NCBI RefSeq assembly: GCF_000143415.4
Contig: NW_003314395.1
Coordinates: 251,862-315,861, forward strand
DNA from: Selaginella moellendorffii
Taxonomy: Eukaryota > Plantae > Lycopodiophyta
DNA length: 64,000 nt
Direction of reading: 5' to 3'
Shown: positions 40,748 to 53,600 of the stretch, one piece after another
Layout of the letters: every line of letters starts with the position of its first letter
Numbering within the stretch: position 1 is the stretch's first letter
Notes under the pieces: generated by a model
Databases searched by the model: none
What the model saw: the letters and a program-made list of their open reading frames with translations, nothing else
Told to the model about the DNA's origin: nothing
Program-made: the position numbers and the translations under genes

Positions 40748-41043
40748 TCAATCCTCCATGTTCCCCTGCAATATGGACAGCTCCCCTTCCTTCATAAGTA
40801 TGCCCTCCTCCAGGAGATGAACTCTCTGCTTGAGCACTTCCACCTCGGCACTCATTCGCAGGGCCTCTCATCCCAGTTGCTCCGCCTCGCTTTTGATCGA
40901 GTTCCTCTCCTTTCTCGTTCTCACCAGCTCCTCCTTGACTTTGCTCCAGTCCTGGACCCGATCGTTCAGTCCGCGTTGGAGCCAAGTTATCTTCTCTTCC
41001 TTCTCAGCAAACATCACCCAAGTTCTACCGTCAGAAAAGCAAA

Positions 41044-41089
<46 letters not shown>

Positions 41090-42015
41090 TACCTTGTGCT
41101 CGAGGCTAATCACTCGCTGGGCGGCCTCGTCCACGAGCGCTTGCAGCTTCACAGCGTCCTTCTTCAGCACGAAACGATCCTCCACGGCCCTTTTCGTTTC
41201 AACGTCTTGGTCCTCGAGCTCCACTTCTCACGTGCACAGCTTCTCCCTCAACAGCACGCAATGCATGTCTTGCACCTTGAGCTCCTCTTTCAGATCGTTA
41301 GCTTGCTCTTTCATCTGGACAAAGCACAATCACAGTTTGATTAGAACAAAGTAACCACGACAAAGCTTTTACCTGTTCCAGCTCGGTCTCGCTTTTCTGG
41401 CGAAGCTCCGATTCTTGTTTGAACCTCGTTTGAAGGTCCACAATCTCCTTCTCCTTTGCATTGTACAGCCTGAACAGCTCTTCATTTCTACCCGTCAGTC
41501 GTTGGATCCGTGTCTCGAGCGTCTTTCTGGCCTCGGACATGTTTTGCTCCAGCCCCTGAATCGTCACACGCACTCCGTACGCGCTGCAAAAAGCTCTGAT
41601 TCACGCTCCAGCAACTTGTCCTTCATCAATTCCAGTCGCTCGCTCATTTGGTTGAGCTGCTCGGCAGACACCTGCACATTGTCGGACTGATAAGGTAAGA
41701 TGCCATGAGCAAAAAAGATAAAGCGCCCTCACCTCTAAACACTTTTGAACGTCGCACTCCGTGTCTTCATTCCCGTCTTCGCTTACCCTTTTCCTGAAGG
41801 CCGCCTGCTTGGCTAAGATTCCCTGTAGGAGCCTGTTCGTCTTCACTACAGCTTGTAACCGTGTTTCTAGCCATTTGAAATCTTTGTCTTTATCCTGTAG
41901 CTGCAGCTTCCGCTTCGCGATCTCGTCCTGTAAGCTTTTGACCTCCTCGTCGACATTTTTCTTACGCGATTCCATCTCGCGGATAGAGTCGGTTTTTGTC
42001 TTCTCCTCCCTCAAT
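40748..42015 (-). pseudogene. 3' part of a multi-exon coiled-coil protein gene, disrupted
   Basis: Heptad-rich exons with GT-AG introns, one containing (CT)18 at 41049-41084. Frameshift near 41574 and in-frame TGA at 40868-40870. The 5' end is replaced by the duplicated segment. Confidence 0.7.
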
Positions 42016-42375
42016 CCACTCTTCTCTGCGTTGCCTCCTGGTGAAACTTCGGCCACGAAAATGTTGCCTGCAGAGTCCTCCTCAAGGATCATGCCTGTTC
42101 GAAATGAAACATCAAAATAAGAAATGGAGTGTTTGTTACAGACCCAAAGGTTTTCTTAGCTCCACTTTGACTCTGCTGCATCCGGGTGGAGGGGCATCTT
42201 CCGAGGAACTGCTGCTGCTGATGATTTGTGGTTGATTCGTTGGAGATGTTCTAAGAATGAATTTCTTGTGCTTGGGCAGAAGAATGGTCTTTTCACCTGC
42301 ACAGAATTGGAAAGGATATGTATGCACACTACTTGTAGCACAGGAGCAGCAAGGCCATGGATTGACCAAGGCCAT
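42016..42375 (-). pseudogene. Duplicated 5' half of the PDZ gene, fused in frame to the coiled-coil gene
   Basis: Near-identical to 17486-17903, with in-frame deletions and a shortened 49-nt intron. ORF 41601-42092 crosses the junction. Confidence 0.8.
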
Positions 42376-42786
42376 GCCTTTTACCACACACCACTGATTT
42401 AAATGAAATGGATATTCTTTAAATGGTAGAAAGCCGCGTGGCCCGTCTATCAACAGTGTGCCTCTTGCGGCCCAGGGAAGAGATGGATGCGTTCGAGCAG
42501 CAGCTGACCAGCGCCGCTGCGCGAGCCAAAGCCAGAGATTCCGCTTCCCTTCGTCCGAGGGAGCTGTGTGGGAGGCAGATCAAGTTTTGGATTGCATAAT
42601 AAAAAGGCGCTGCAGGATGAGATCCAGAAGCTCGAAGCCCATGAGCTGCTTCGATGGATCCGTGATCTACGAGACCAGGCAAAGTTCCAGGACCAAGAGG
42701 TGATAAAGAATTAATAATCTCGGGTTGAGAAAGTCAAGAACGAGGGCTGGAAGAACAGATAGAGATCGAGCGAGTTTCCCTCGTCC

Positions 42787-43974
42787 ATGACGTCTGGATG
42801 TTGCAACCAAGGGTGTTACATGAAAGTGGTGCCCAGTGATCCAGACACTCCCTACGACTTCACACTCCTGGCATTTGCTTTGGCCGCGACAATTCCATTC
42901 ATCGTGGCGAATGGCGCGCTCTTCGCCCATCGCGGGCGCTCCTACTTTCGAGCGCAGGGAGGTGTGTATCTCATCTTAGGGAGTTCGCTAGCGGGCTTAG
43001 TCTGGATAGCAGCCCAGCCCAGTTCGTCAACAATGACCACTTCAGCAGGATCGGGCCGCTCAGGAGCTGCTTGCTGTGGACGTTCTGGCTCCAGGGGACG
43101 GCTATTTGCCTGTGGTTCGTGCTCACTATTCTCCGGCTTGCTCGGATGTACGAGCTCAGCAAGAACATCGACAACTGGTCGTGGAAATACTACGTTTTCG
43201 TCGCCCTGTGCCTGCTTCCCAACGTCATCCTGTCCACCGTTGCTAGCTTGAGTGACTTCCATGAACACGAGAGAAGGTACAGTTCATGGCTTGCGATGTT
43301 TCATCTCTTTCTCTCTCGGACTGATTGCTCTTGATGCCAGCGTTCGGTTGTGCAAGCTAAGCAAGAACTGGAAAACCACCGTCTTCTCCGTGTATACTCC
43401 ATACTGGCTGGTGCTCATCTTCGTCATCTATCAGCTGCGCAACCAGGAGGATCCACTGCTATCTACCGAGTACAGGGACACTGTGGACTACTTGGCTGTG
43501 ACTATCGTCATTATCATGCTCGCCAGCATGGCGGATGTGACGTTAACTAGCGATACTATCCCAGGCAGATGCGCCCTAACGTTTTCAACATGCTGCCTCG
43601 TGTTCTTCAACTTTTGGATACGCTTCGGGTGGCCGATTTATCTGTGTCTCTTCAGGCCCAAAGAGGAGATGGACAACTTCGAGCAGGAGCTAACTTACGG
43701 TGGTGCCCAAGCTCTGGACATGGTTTACAGCCAAAGGATACACTTCCCTTCCTGTGAAGGTGCTATTTGGGAAGCTTTCTCCAAAGCTAGTGACGATTGG
43801 GACAGATACAAGGTAGAGCTTGCTTCTATCTTTTCTTCTTCTTGCTCTCTAGCTAATGCTACACTGAAACAGGATGAAATACGGAAGCTGCAATTGCAGA
43901 AAGCGTTGCTGGAAGGGAAGATCCTAGAGTTACAAGTGCAGAAGAGAAAAGCACTTGGATCTGGTCACTGTTAA
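42787..43974 (+). pseudogene. Frameshifted copy of the RGS1-like 7TM gene
   Basis: About 99% identical to 18317-19499, but a 5-bp duplication AGCCC at 43016-43020 shifts the frame in exon 1. Confidence 0.88.
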
Positions 43975-44064
43975 AGTTATGCTATCTTAATTGACTCTTT
44001 TCTTTGTTTTTGATTCTTTATTTAACTTTCAGTCTAGATCTATCTTCATCATTATATATAGAGA

Positions 44065-47000
44065 TGTGAGGTCCAAGTGTATGGTTATAATGCAGTATAT
44101 TAATATTAATATAGTGGGATTTTAATAACTGTCAAATTGATTTTAATTTGGACCTCTTATATATAACTTAGGGTTTTTGGGCTTTTTTTTCCATATTCCA
44201 AGCACTTACAAAAAGAAATATTTAAATATTTAGAAATATCTAAGGTTTTTGGGTTAATTGATATGCACATTTTCTATATTCCCTTTCTATATTCCAAGCA
44301 CTCATATTTGTGGAGGTGAGGGGCACTTTTGATTGTCCTTGAAAAGTGCTTGAATTTGGGATTTTGGTTTACATCTAGCTTTTGCATCATCTAGATTTAG
44401 CTTTTCCATTTCTTTTCTTTTGTTCTTCCCTTTCAAGATTTTGGTTTAGATTTAGCTTTTTGCATTGTCTAGATTTACCATTTCCTTCTAGCTTTTTGTC
44501 ATTTCTCTTCTTTTGCTCTTTCTTTTTTCATTGATTTTCATGGTAGATTAGCAATCTCCTCCTTTGACTTTGGAGTAGCAATTGGTCCAATTGTTTGATG
44601 CTATGTGCTTGCAATTGAACAACCAAACTTAATTGATGGCACCATTCACAGCATGTGGTACAACTCCTTTTGCTTTTGGTGTCAATCCTCGTGTTCTGCC
44701 GGAGTTCTATCGTGGGACTCCTGGGGATGATGTGTACCATTGGTTCGATCACTTCACGATGATTGCCACATATCATTCTTGGGATGATGCTCGACGTTTG
44801 TGTGAGTTTCTCACGTGTCTCCAAGGGACGGCGTTGCAGTGGTACAATGGTTTGAGCGCAGCCACTCATGGGGATTGGAGTGTTCTCCTGGACGTCTTCA
44901 AATGCGACTTTGGACATGCTGATAATTGTGATGATACTTTCCAACAATTGCATCATCTTTTCCAAGGGCCATCTGAGTTGGTGATGCAATTTAGAGTTTG
45001 TTTCTGAAGTCTTTTGCTTCGTGCAAAGCCTAATATGTCAGAGCGGATCAAGCTAGGAATGTTGTGGCCAGCACTTCGTCAAGATCTTGTCAGACTTGTG
45101 TGCATGCACTTGCTCCTGCCACCCTTGATGATGCTCTTCGTTTAGCACAATGTTATGAGATGTTGCTTCTTCCACTTCTCGTTGCATGTCTTTCACCTCC
45201 ACTTCCTATGAGTAATGGTCTTATTCCAATGGAAGTTGATGTTGCTGCTGCTCGAGTCCAAGGATAAGGGCGAGGATGTGGTTGTGGCTGTGACGTTCGT
45301 TGCTGGGCGTGTGATGAAGTTAGTCATACTTATTGGCGTTGTCGGCATTTTCCGAATTGGCGACCTCCATTTCTTTGGTGGAGATCTTGGCGTCAGCAAG
45401 CAGTGGAAGGTTTGGACACCGCAGTGCATCCAAGAAACGAGGAGTCACGTGAGTAATGGAGGGACCTTGCGCGAATAAGTTAGTGACCCCTCCATCTTTC
45501 TTTCGGGAGTATCATCAAGGGGTTCACTTAGCACCGATTCATCTAGTATTTACTTTCCGAGCTTATTTTCATAACACAAGGTCTTCTATTATTCTCTCCG
45601 TATTGGTTGATACAGGTTTGAGTTTATCTTCTATTGCTCAACCTGTTGCCACACGTTGTTGTCTACACTTGCTTCATACGGTAGAACAAGTTTTCATTCT
45701 TTATGGCAACGGCTGTACACATGCATGTGCACAGGATGAGGCGGACCTAGTTGTGTGTGTGGGCAATTTCGAGCTTGAGTTGCAGTCGTTGCGGATGGTG
45801 CTAAGTCAAGCTTTTGACCTCATTTTTGGTATGGATTGGTTGCAACGCAATTATGCCAAATGTGACTTTGAGGCTTCTCCCCCTTATCTCATATTTACTT
45901 ATGTTTCATTCATTCCTCTCACTTCTGTACCTCTTCGTCCCTTTACTTTTACCTCTGCTTCCATTACTTTTGTTCCCACACTATTTCCTTATGTGTTTCC
46001 ATCTTGTTCTGCTCTTTCCTTTTCCGATCCCTCCAATGATTTTTGTGTTACAGCGGTTGACCAGCTCATGATCTCTTTGAATTTGACTTATCATCTGGGG
46101 CCAAGATTGCCATACATCATCCGATTCCAACCAGGGATGCTCGTCTAATCAAGGTTCCTATTCATTGTCGATCACCCAAGGAGATCAAAATTTTACGTAC
46201 AAACGTCAAAGAGATGTTGGCAATGGGTGTTATTCGGAAGTCGTGGAGTCCTTGGGCATGTGAACCTCATCTTGTGACAAAGCCTGATGGGAGTATTCAT
46301 TTTTGCATCGACCATCATCTGTTAAACGAAGTGATGATCCCGAATGTGTACCCTCTTCCTCACACTGTTGATCTCTTGGATTGTCTGGGGCGAAGTCATT
46401 GGTTCACCAAGCTAAATCTTGCTTCTGGGTACTGGCAAGTGCCGATGGTCAAAGAAGATATTCCTAAGACTACTTTTTGTACACCATTTGGTTTATACAA
46501 GTTCTTGGTGATGCTGTTTTGTTTGAACAATGCTCTAGCAACTTTTCAACCGATGATGGACGAGGTTCTTTGCAATATGCCAGAGGTGACTATTGACTTC
46601 ATTGATGATGTTTTGATCCACTCGGAGGGGATGTGGGAGGAGCACATTTGTGATGTTTGTAAAGTGTTAGATCGGCTACGTGACGTTGGTTTAAAGCTGA
46701 AGCAGTCGAAGTGGGTGTTTGGGTCCAAGGACACAACTTATCTTAGGTATTGTATTTCTCGTGAGGGTTTGCAAGTTGATTTTGAAAAACTTATGGCTGT
46801 TTCTAAAGTTCCTTACTCCAAAGTGTGTGAATGATGTGCAACGCTTCTTGGGCAAGGTGCAGATCGCTGTCGTTATGTGGATCATCTTTTTGATCGCATT
46901 GCACCGTTGCGAGCATTGCTGAAGTCATCAATGTCATCTTTCATCTGGTCTCTAGATTGTGAGCGGGTGTTCAGGGATCTCAAAGAGCTATTGATGACTC

Positions 47001-48244
47001 CTCCGGTTTTGGCATATCCTGACTATACTCAACCTTTTATTTTATGCGTGGATGCTTCTGACATTGGTCTTGGAGGTGTGTTAATGCAAGAGAGCTTGAG
47101 TGTGCTTGGTTAGTGCCATCCCATTGCATATATAAGCCGTACATACAATTAGCGGAGATGAACTACTCCATGACAGAGAAGAAGTGTTTAGCAACAGTCT
47201 GAGCTTTCAAGAAACTTCATGCATATCTATATGGTTTTCAGACATTACTTGAAGGTGACCATGCTGCTATTACTTCATTATTGAAGTGAAAGAACCTAGT
47301 GGGTCGTATTGCTCGATGGGCTTTGAAGCTTCAAATATATGATTTTGATGTTGTTCATCGCTTTGGGAGTTTTATGGCTGATGTTAATGCCCTTTCTCGA
47401 GCTTCTCTTCCTTCTCCACTCTCTTCTCATGTTTCTAATGAGCCTGTTATTCCAGCATTTGTGGATTTTCTAGACGAGGATTTTGTGCTAACGGCAGTTG
47501 GTATACTTGACATTCAGTGTCCACAAGGCGCAAAACAAGGTCTACCTTCTCTTGATGAAGTTCGCGAGGCTCAAAAGATTGAGCTATGGATTTGAAGGCT
47601 TTGAGATGGTTTTGAGAATTTTGCATCACTTGCTGATACTTACCTTTCCGGCATTTACATTCTCAATATCGCCTTAAAGATGGCCTTCTTTATTTTGCAG
47701 GGATAAATTCTGATGATCATTTACAACTGGTGGTGCCTTCTGTCTTTATTCTACAGTTTTTCCATGCCTACCATGATTCTCTTATTCTAGGTGAGCATAT
47801 GGGACATCGTCGTGTAACCGAGAAGCTGCGCAAGTCTTTCTATTAGCCAAAGATGTGCCGTGATATTATCCGGTATGTGCATAGCTCCGTTTGGTGCCAA
47901 GCTCATAATACTCCCCCTCGTGCTGCGGAAGGACGGTTGGAGTTGATTGCAGTTTCCCGTCTGTTTGAGTTGGTGGCATTTGATCTTATGGGACCTTTTC
48001 CACAGTCGACTACTGGTAATGAGTATATTATTATTGCTTTTGACTACTTGACTCGTTGGGTGGAAGTTAGTGCTCTTGCTAGCGCCTTTGCAATTGCTAT
48101 TGAATACTTCTTCCTCAATCGAGTGGTGTTCCAACATTTATGTCCAAAGCGGATTCTTTTGAATAATGGTCTTGCATTTATGGCTGAGGCATTTCTTGTT
48201 TTGACGTCTCGGTTGGGGATACGCCACACTTTTATGAGTGCTTA
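44065..48244 (+). mobile_element. Family B gypsy, duplicate copy
   Basis: Colinear with 19590-23765 and shares its truncation junction. Confidence 0.92.
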
Positions 48245-50698
48245 CGCTACTAACCGATTTGACCTTTTTATCCGTGGGTTTATCTCTTTTTTCTTGACTC
48301 CCCCATGTACTCACTCGCTGGCCGCTGGATTTGCCTTTCCAGAACCCCGAGGACTCATTCTTAAAGAAACTCTTTTTGAATTTCCCTTTGCTATATGTTC
48401 CCCTTGGTTTGGCCCCTTTGCTAAATGTGGACCCTGACCCCGTCGTGTTCCCCTTTCGCAGGTTATTGTTGAAATGCACCTTGATGGCCGCATCCAACGC
48501 TTCCTTGTAGTTGGTCGGGTTCCAACGCATCACCTCACCGCAAGCCCAGGTTTGCAAGCCTGATATGAAGGCATAGAACACATCCATATCACCCATGTCT
48601 GTAACAAATATCCTCTTTACCATAAACCCATTCACATACTCATGAATGGTTCCGGCCTTCTTCAGCGTACTTAGCTCATCTTTTAAATGCAGAGTAGCAT
48701 TCAGAGGAACGTAAGTCGCACGGATCCTCGCCTTCATCATTTCCCAAGTGGCCACCAGTCCTTCGTTGATCTCTGTCGTTCTCCACCAAAACGTGGCATT
48801 ATCTACCAAGTATGGTTTTGCATAGATTGTCTTCTAGGCGATGCAAGCACTGGCCTTCAATGAAGCTCTTGTCCCATTGCTGGTAAAGGAAAAGAAAACC
48901 ATCATATGGGACCTTTTCTGAGCTTGGTAACCGCAACGTTCGGAAGTAATCCTCCATATTGTAAAACCAATCCTCCACCACCTTAACTCCCTTGAAGACC
49001 GGTGGAGGCTTTGGTTTGTACTTGGAAATTATTTGAGGGACTGATTCCACTTCGGTCTATTCAACCTTGTTTGGTTCTACCTCAATTCCTACCGAAGGGT
49101 CCGCACCTTTTATGCTGCCAACATCCGCAGTCTTTCGCTTTTTCTTCCGCTTCTCATCACGCTTTAGCTTGCGTACGAGAGTCTCCAACAGGGCATTAGT
49201 CTATGCCAATTGTCCTTCTAGAACGTCCAATCGAGCCTTGAACAACCAAACCTCGCCACCGAACTCTTGTTTGGAAGTTTCCTCACTAGAGTCCTCCTCA
49301 AGCAAGGATTCCTCATCCATAGCCTTTTGTTCCACCGGAAGCTCCAGCTATGGCGAAGGTTTTATCTTTGCCTTGGTTCGTTTATGCCTTGCCTTTGCCA
49401 TCTCCCAGCAATCTGCCTCTATCCTTTGCTAGAACTGAGGAAAACACTTCGATACCAAATTGTAAGCCACAATTTTTTCCTTTCCAATTTGCCAACTTAC
49501 CTCGTCTTTCCGACCAACACTGCCTTGGCTTTTGCTAAGTTCCCTCACCAAATTTCCCACCTACTATACCTAGTCTTACTTGGTTTCAGCTACTCACTGC
49601 ACAAGCAATGGAGTGTTAGCCATCCATCCACGGATTCCCAAATCTCTCCCAATCCCCCTCCCCGGGTTAGACTGGACTTAAGGTTCAGCTACACTCCCCG
49701 CAGACACAAGTAGCCAATCACACCAAGCCTCCAGGTTCCTAACATCCTTTGGTACAACAAGACTTGATCATAGGACCTTCTAAATCCCAAGCCTTGAATG
49801 CAACACTTGCTTCGGGACATTGGGGCGAAACACCGTGGCCTAACGGCCTGATATAGGTACCTCTACCCCGCCACTTCTATCCCGAAGGAAAGGCCCAAGC
49901 CCCTAGGAAGGGTGAGGACCAATGAGCCACAAGGTATTCAAGTGGGGCACCACTCCACATGAGCCAGAAGCACTGCAGTCGGTTTCCCTTTCGGGAGTGG
50001 GAGCTGCTCTTGAGCACTTCCTTGGGTGGCCCCTCTAGCACCACCTGAGTCCATGCTCACTCCCACCCAAGGCCCTTCGGCCCCAATCTCAACCTCAAGT
50101 CAGTTTGGAAGCACCACTGGAGAGTTCCTTCAAGACTGGTTTCTGGACTTCACTATCCCCACTATACTTTTGGAACCCTCTACAGCCCCCCCCCCCTGGG
50201 AGAGGCACGCTTTGGGCTTTGACCCCTTGACCTGTATTAGTACTCAGACTCAGTCTCGGACTCGATCTCGAACCTGACTTCGAACTCAGTCTCAGACTCA
50301 ATCTCGGACTCGATCTCGGACTCGATCTCGGACTCGACCTCGGACCCGATCTTGGACTCGACTTCGGACCCGATCTTGGACCCAATCTCGGATCTCGGAC
50401 TTTGTCTCGAACTCGCAGTCTCCGAGTCGGCCTCGAACTCGATCCTGGACTCTATCTCGAACTCAGTCTAAGAGTCCGTCTTGGACTTGATCTCAAACCT
50501 GGTCCCATCCAATGAACTCTTTGTCATTTTGGTCATGCTTTCGGGGATCCTTTAGTCTATGACACCTCGGGGAGTTGGTTCCTTACAACTCCACCACCCA
50601 TAAAAGAAGTTTGATGCCCACATCGAACATCTCTTTTTATCCTATGACTTATTGACCATGTCTCCGGGGGCATCCCCCTACTTAGTGGTGTGCCTAAG

Positions 50699-53600
50699 TG
50701 TCGCGAATGTGACTTCGGGTATCGAAAGTTACCTGTCGGCTAGTCCTTTTGGATATTCTTTCCTTACTGCCACGATGGCAAGAGGTTGGTATTGCTGGAC
50801 CCGTTATCAGTTTCCCACTTAAGCTAGTTGAGAAACTGGTTAATGACCATGTACTTAGATCGGATAAACATAAGGTAGGAACCCTATGTGTTTCTTGCTG
50901 AGCATACTCGGCTTAGTTTGAGAAACTCCTGTCATTGGCTTGCACTTGCTAGTATCAAAAACCCCCGTGATATTGAGATTTGTCTCTCAATATCACTAGA
51001 TGATAGCTTACTGTGTTTGCCAAACACCCTCGCTATCATGCCCTTAGTGTTGGTCTCATTTCGGTCCCAAATGCTATTTATGGAAAGTGTCCAGATTTGC
51101 TCATTTGGCATATCTATAAAATGTAGAGATTGTCCTAAACACAATGGTGTTCGTCCCATGTCCAAATTCGCAATCTAGGCACATTCCATATTTAGTAAGT
51201 TTCGAGTTTGTTCCAGAGACTAACTCCTGATAATAAAGGAGGCTTGGGGTGAAAGCTCAAAGCGTGTGTTCCTCAAGGGGGGGAGCCTATGGGGGGTTCC
51301 AAATGTATAGTAGGGATAGTGGGTAGGTCAGGCATAGCCAACCAACTTAAGGCATATTCTAGCTCCCGCTTGCGTGCCTGTCCTTGTTCTGTGTCCGGCT
51401 TGGGTCTAAGCCCAAGTTCCATTCCATGCTAATTGGTGGAGTACCCATGTCCTCACGTTAGGCCACTGGTATGCCGAAATAGCGCCAAACTCCGTTTGGC
51501 TCCATTTTGCATGCTGGTCTTGGCATTGGGATGCTGGTTACTCTAAGACTGTTCCAAGTCGCTCCGGGCTCTTGTCCCTTCGCTCCTTGGGCTTTATGCT
51601 CGGGAGTTGTTTTATGGTTCGGTTCTATCACTCCTTGGCTCCATACTTAGAAGTTTGGCACTGTTCCTTCGTTCAGTGGCCCAAGGCCCTGAACCTCGGG
51701 TTCCACACCACTGTCCTTTGGACACGTGGCATATGACACATAGCATGTGTCACATGGCATAAAGAGGGTTTAGGTTCCGCTTCGTAGTGTTATCCTATGA
51801 TAAATCACCATAGGATAAAGGGTCAAAACCACATGCGCTACATTTGGTTTCAGAGGATGAGTCTCAGTGAGTACTATTCAATGAGATTGGGCAACTAGTC
51901 TCGTTGCATACGCAGAGATGAAAATGATGATCCGAGTGGGTGCATGTTTGGGTGCAAAGGCTTTGCAATTGTTCCTTGGGTATGGATTTTATTACCTATT
52001 TGTACTACATTATGTGAGCTTGCTCTTGGGCTCATAAGAAGGATTGAGTTGTATCATTTGCACGAGTTTGAGCTTAGGCTCGTGAGTGAGGCACATTAGC
52101 AACTCGAGGATACACTTTTAGTTGGCAGGATTAATGTTAGCCTATCGGTGGTTCCATGAGTTGTTCCAGTGGTTCCATGAGTTGTTTTGTGTACCATGGG
52201 TGAAAGTAAACCTTCCCTAAGTTTGCTATGAGTGGTAAATATCCTGGTCCATAGCTGTTTAGCATGACACTAGTGGATCCTTCTTAGGCATGATTACAAG
52301 TGGATCAATCAAGACTGTAGGGGTTAGTCTATTGATTCAAGTAATCATTGCCGTGCTCTCTCATAAACTTTTCTTGGATTGGGCTGAAGGCAGTGTGAAA
52401 GCAAGCTTGAGGTTTAGTCAAAGATGAGACTGAAAAGAGAGTTGTCAGGGACGAAGGATCAAACATGTAAATCATCTTCTCTTCTTAAATAGATGATTTG
52501 CAACGAGGTGTAACTCATTGCTCGTGTTCACATTATGCAATTAAGAGTCCCTACCTTGATGCATGTTGGAGATAATGGTCTTACAAGTGGTGAGTTATGG
52601 GATGGATAACGGTGGAGCGCTATACCATTTGGTCTAGGCTTGCTATTGGAAGACTTGGGTTGCAATACTCAATTCTTTTTTGGGGAACTTTGCTATTGCT
52701 TCTTGAGTAGCTTGGTGTTAGATTAGTTTTGAGTTTGGTCAAAAAGAGAGTGTCATAAGCTTGTCTGTGTTGTGAACAAAAGTTGGTGTGTTGGGTGTTG
52801 TAAGTCTCTATCGGTAAAGTGTGGCATTTATGTTGCATTGGCAGACACAGTAAGCTATCATCTAGCGATATTGAGGGACCAATCTCAATATCGCAGGGGT
52901 TCTTGATACCATCATATCAAGAACTCATAAGCCAATGACAAGAGTTTCTCAAACCAGGCCGAGTATGCTCAGCAAGAAACACATAGGGTTCCTACCTTAT
53001 GTTTATCCGATCTAAGTACACGGTCATTGACTAGTTTCTCAACTAGCTCAAGTGGGAAACTGATAACGAGTCCAGCAATACCGACCTCCTGCCATCGTGG
53101 CAGTAAGGAAAGAATATTCGAAAGGACTAGCCAGCTGGTAACTTTCGATACCTGAAGTCACATTCGCGACACTCTCCCCCCCTAGGGAAGATTGATGTCC
53201 TCGTCGATGCATACTCGAGTCTAGACCACTGCCAAGGAAACAACTCTAAAAAAAGTTCACGGTGAACACACTATGTGAGAAATGCACCAACTTAAATGAG
53301 TTAGGGGTAACTTCTTTGTCTAACACGGATGCACTACCAGCTCAGACACCTTCCGGCCGTCGCTGACAAGGAAATGACCAACTAAGTTAGCCACCCTTGT
53401 GTAAGCTCCTGAGTTTGGACTTCCCGGGAGGTCACCCAGCCCAGTACTATTCAAACCCAAGGACACTTAACCCCAACTATCCCAAGACCCTTAACCGATT
53501 GGAAAAGGGGGTGCACTCTTGTTCATGGGCCCTTTCCCTCTATATTTGAACCCCATGGATCGTCTCTCAAGTCGTTCCCTTTGGTTGCTTACACCTTGCT

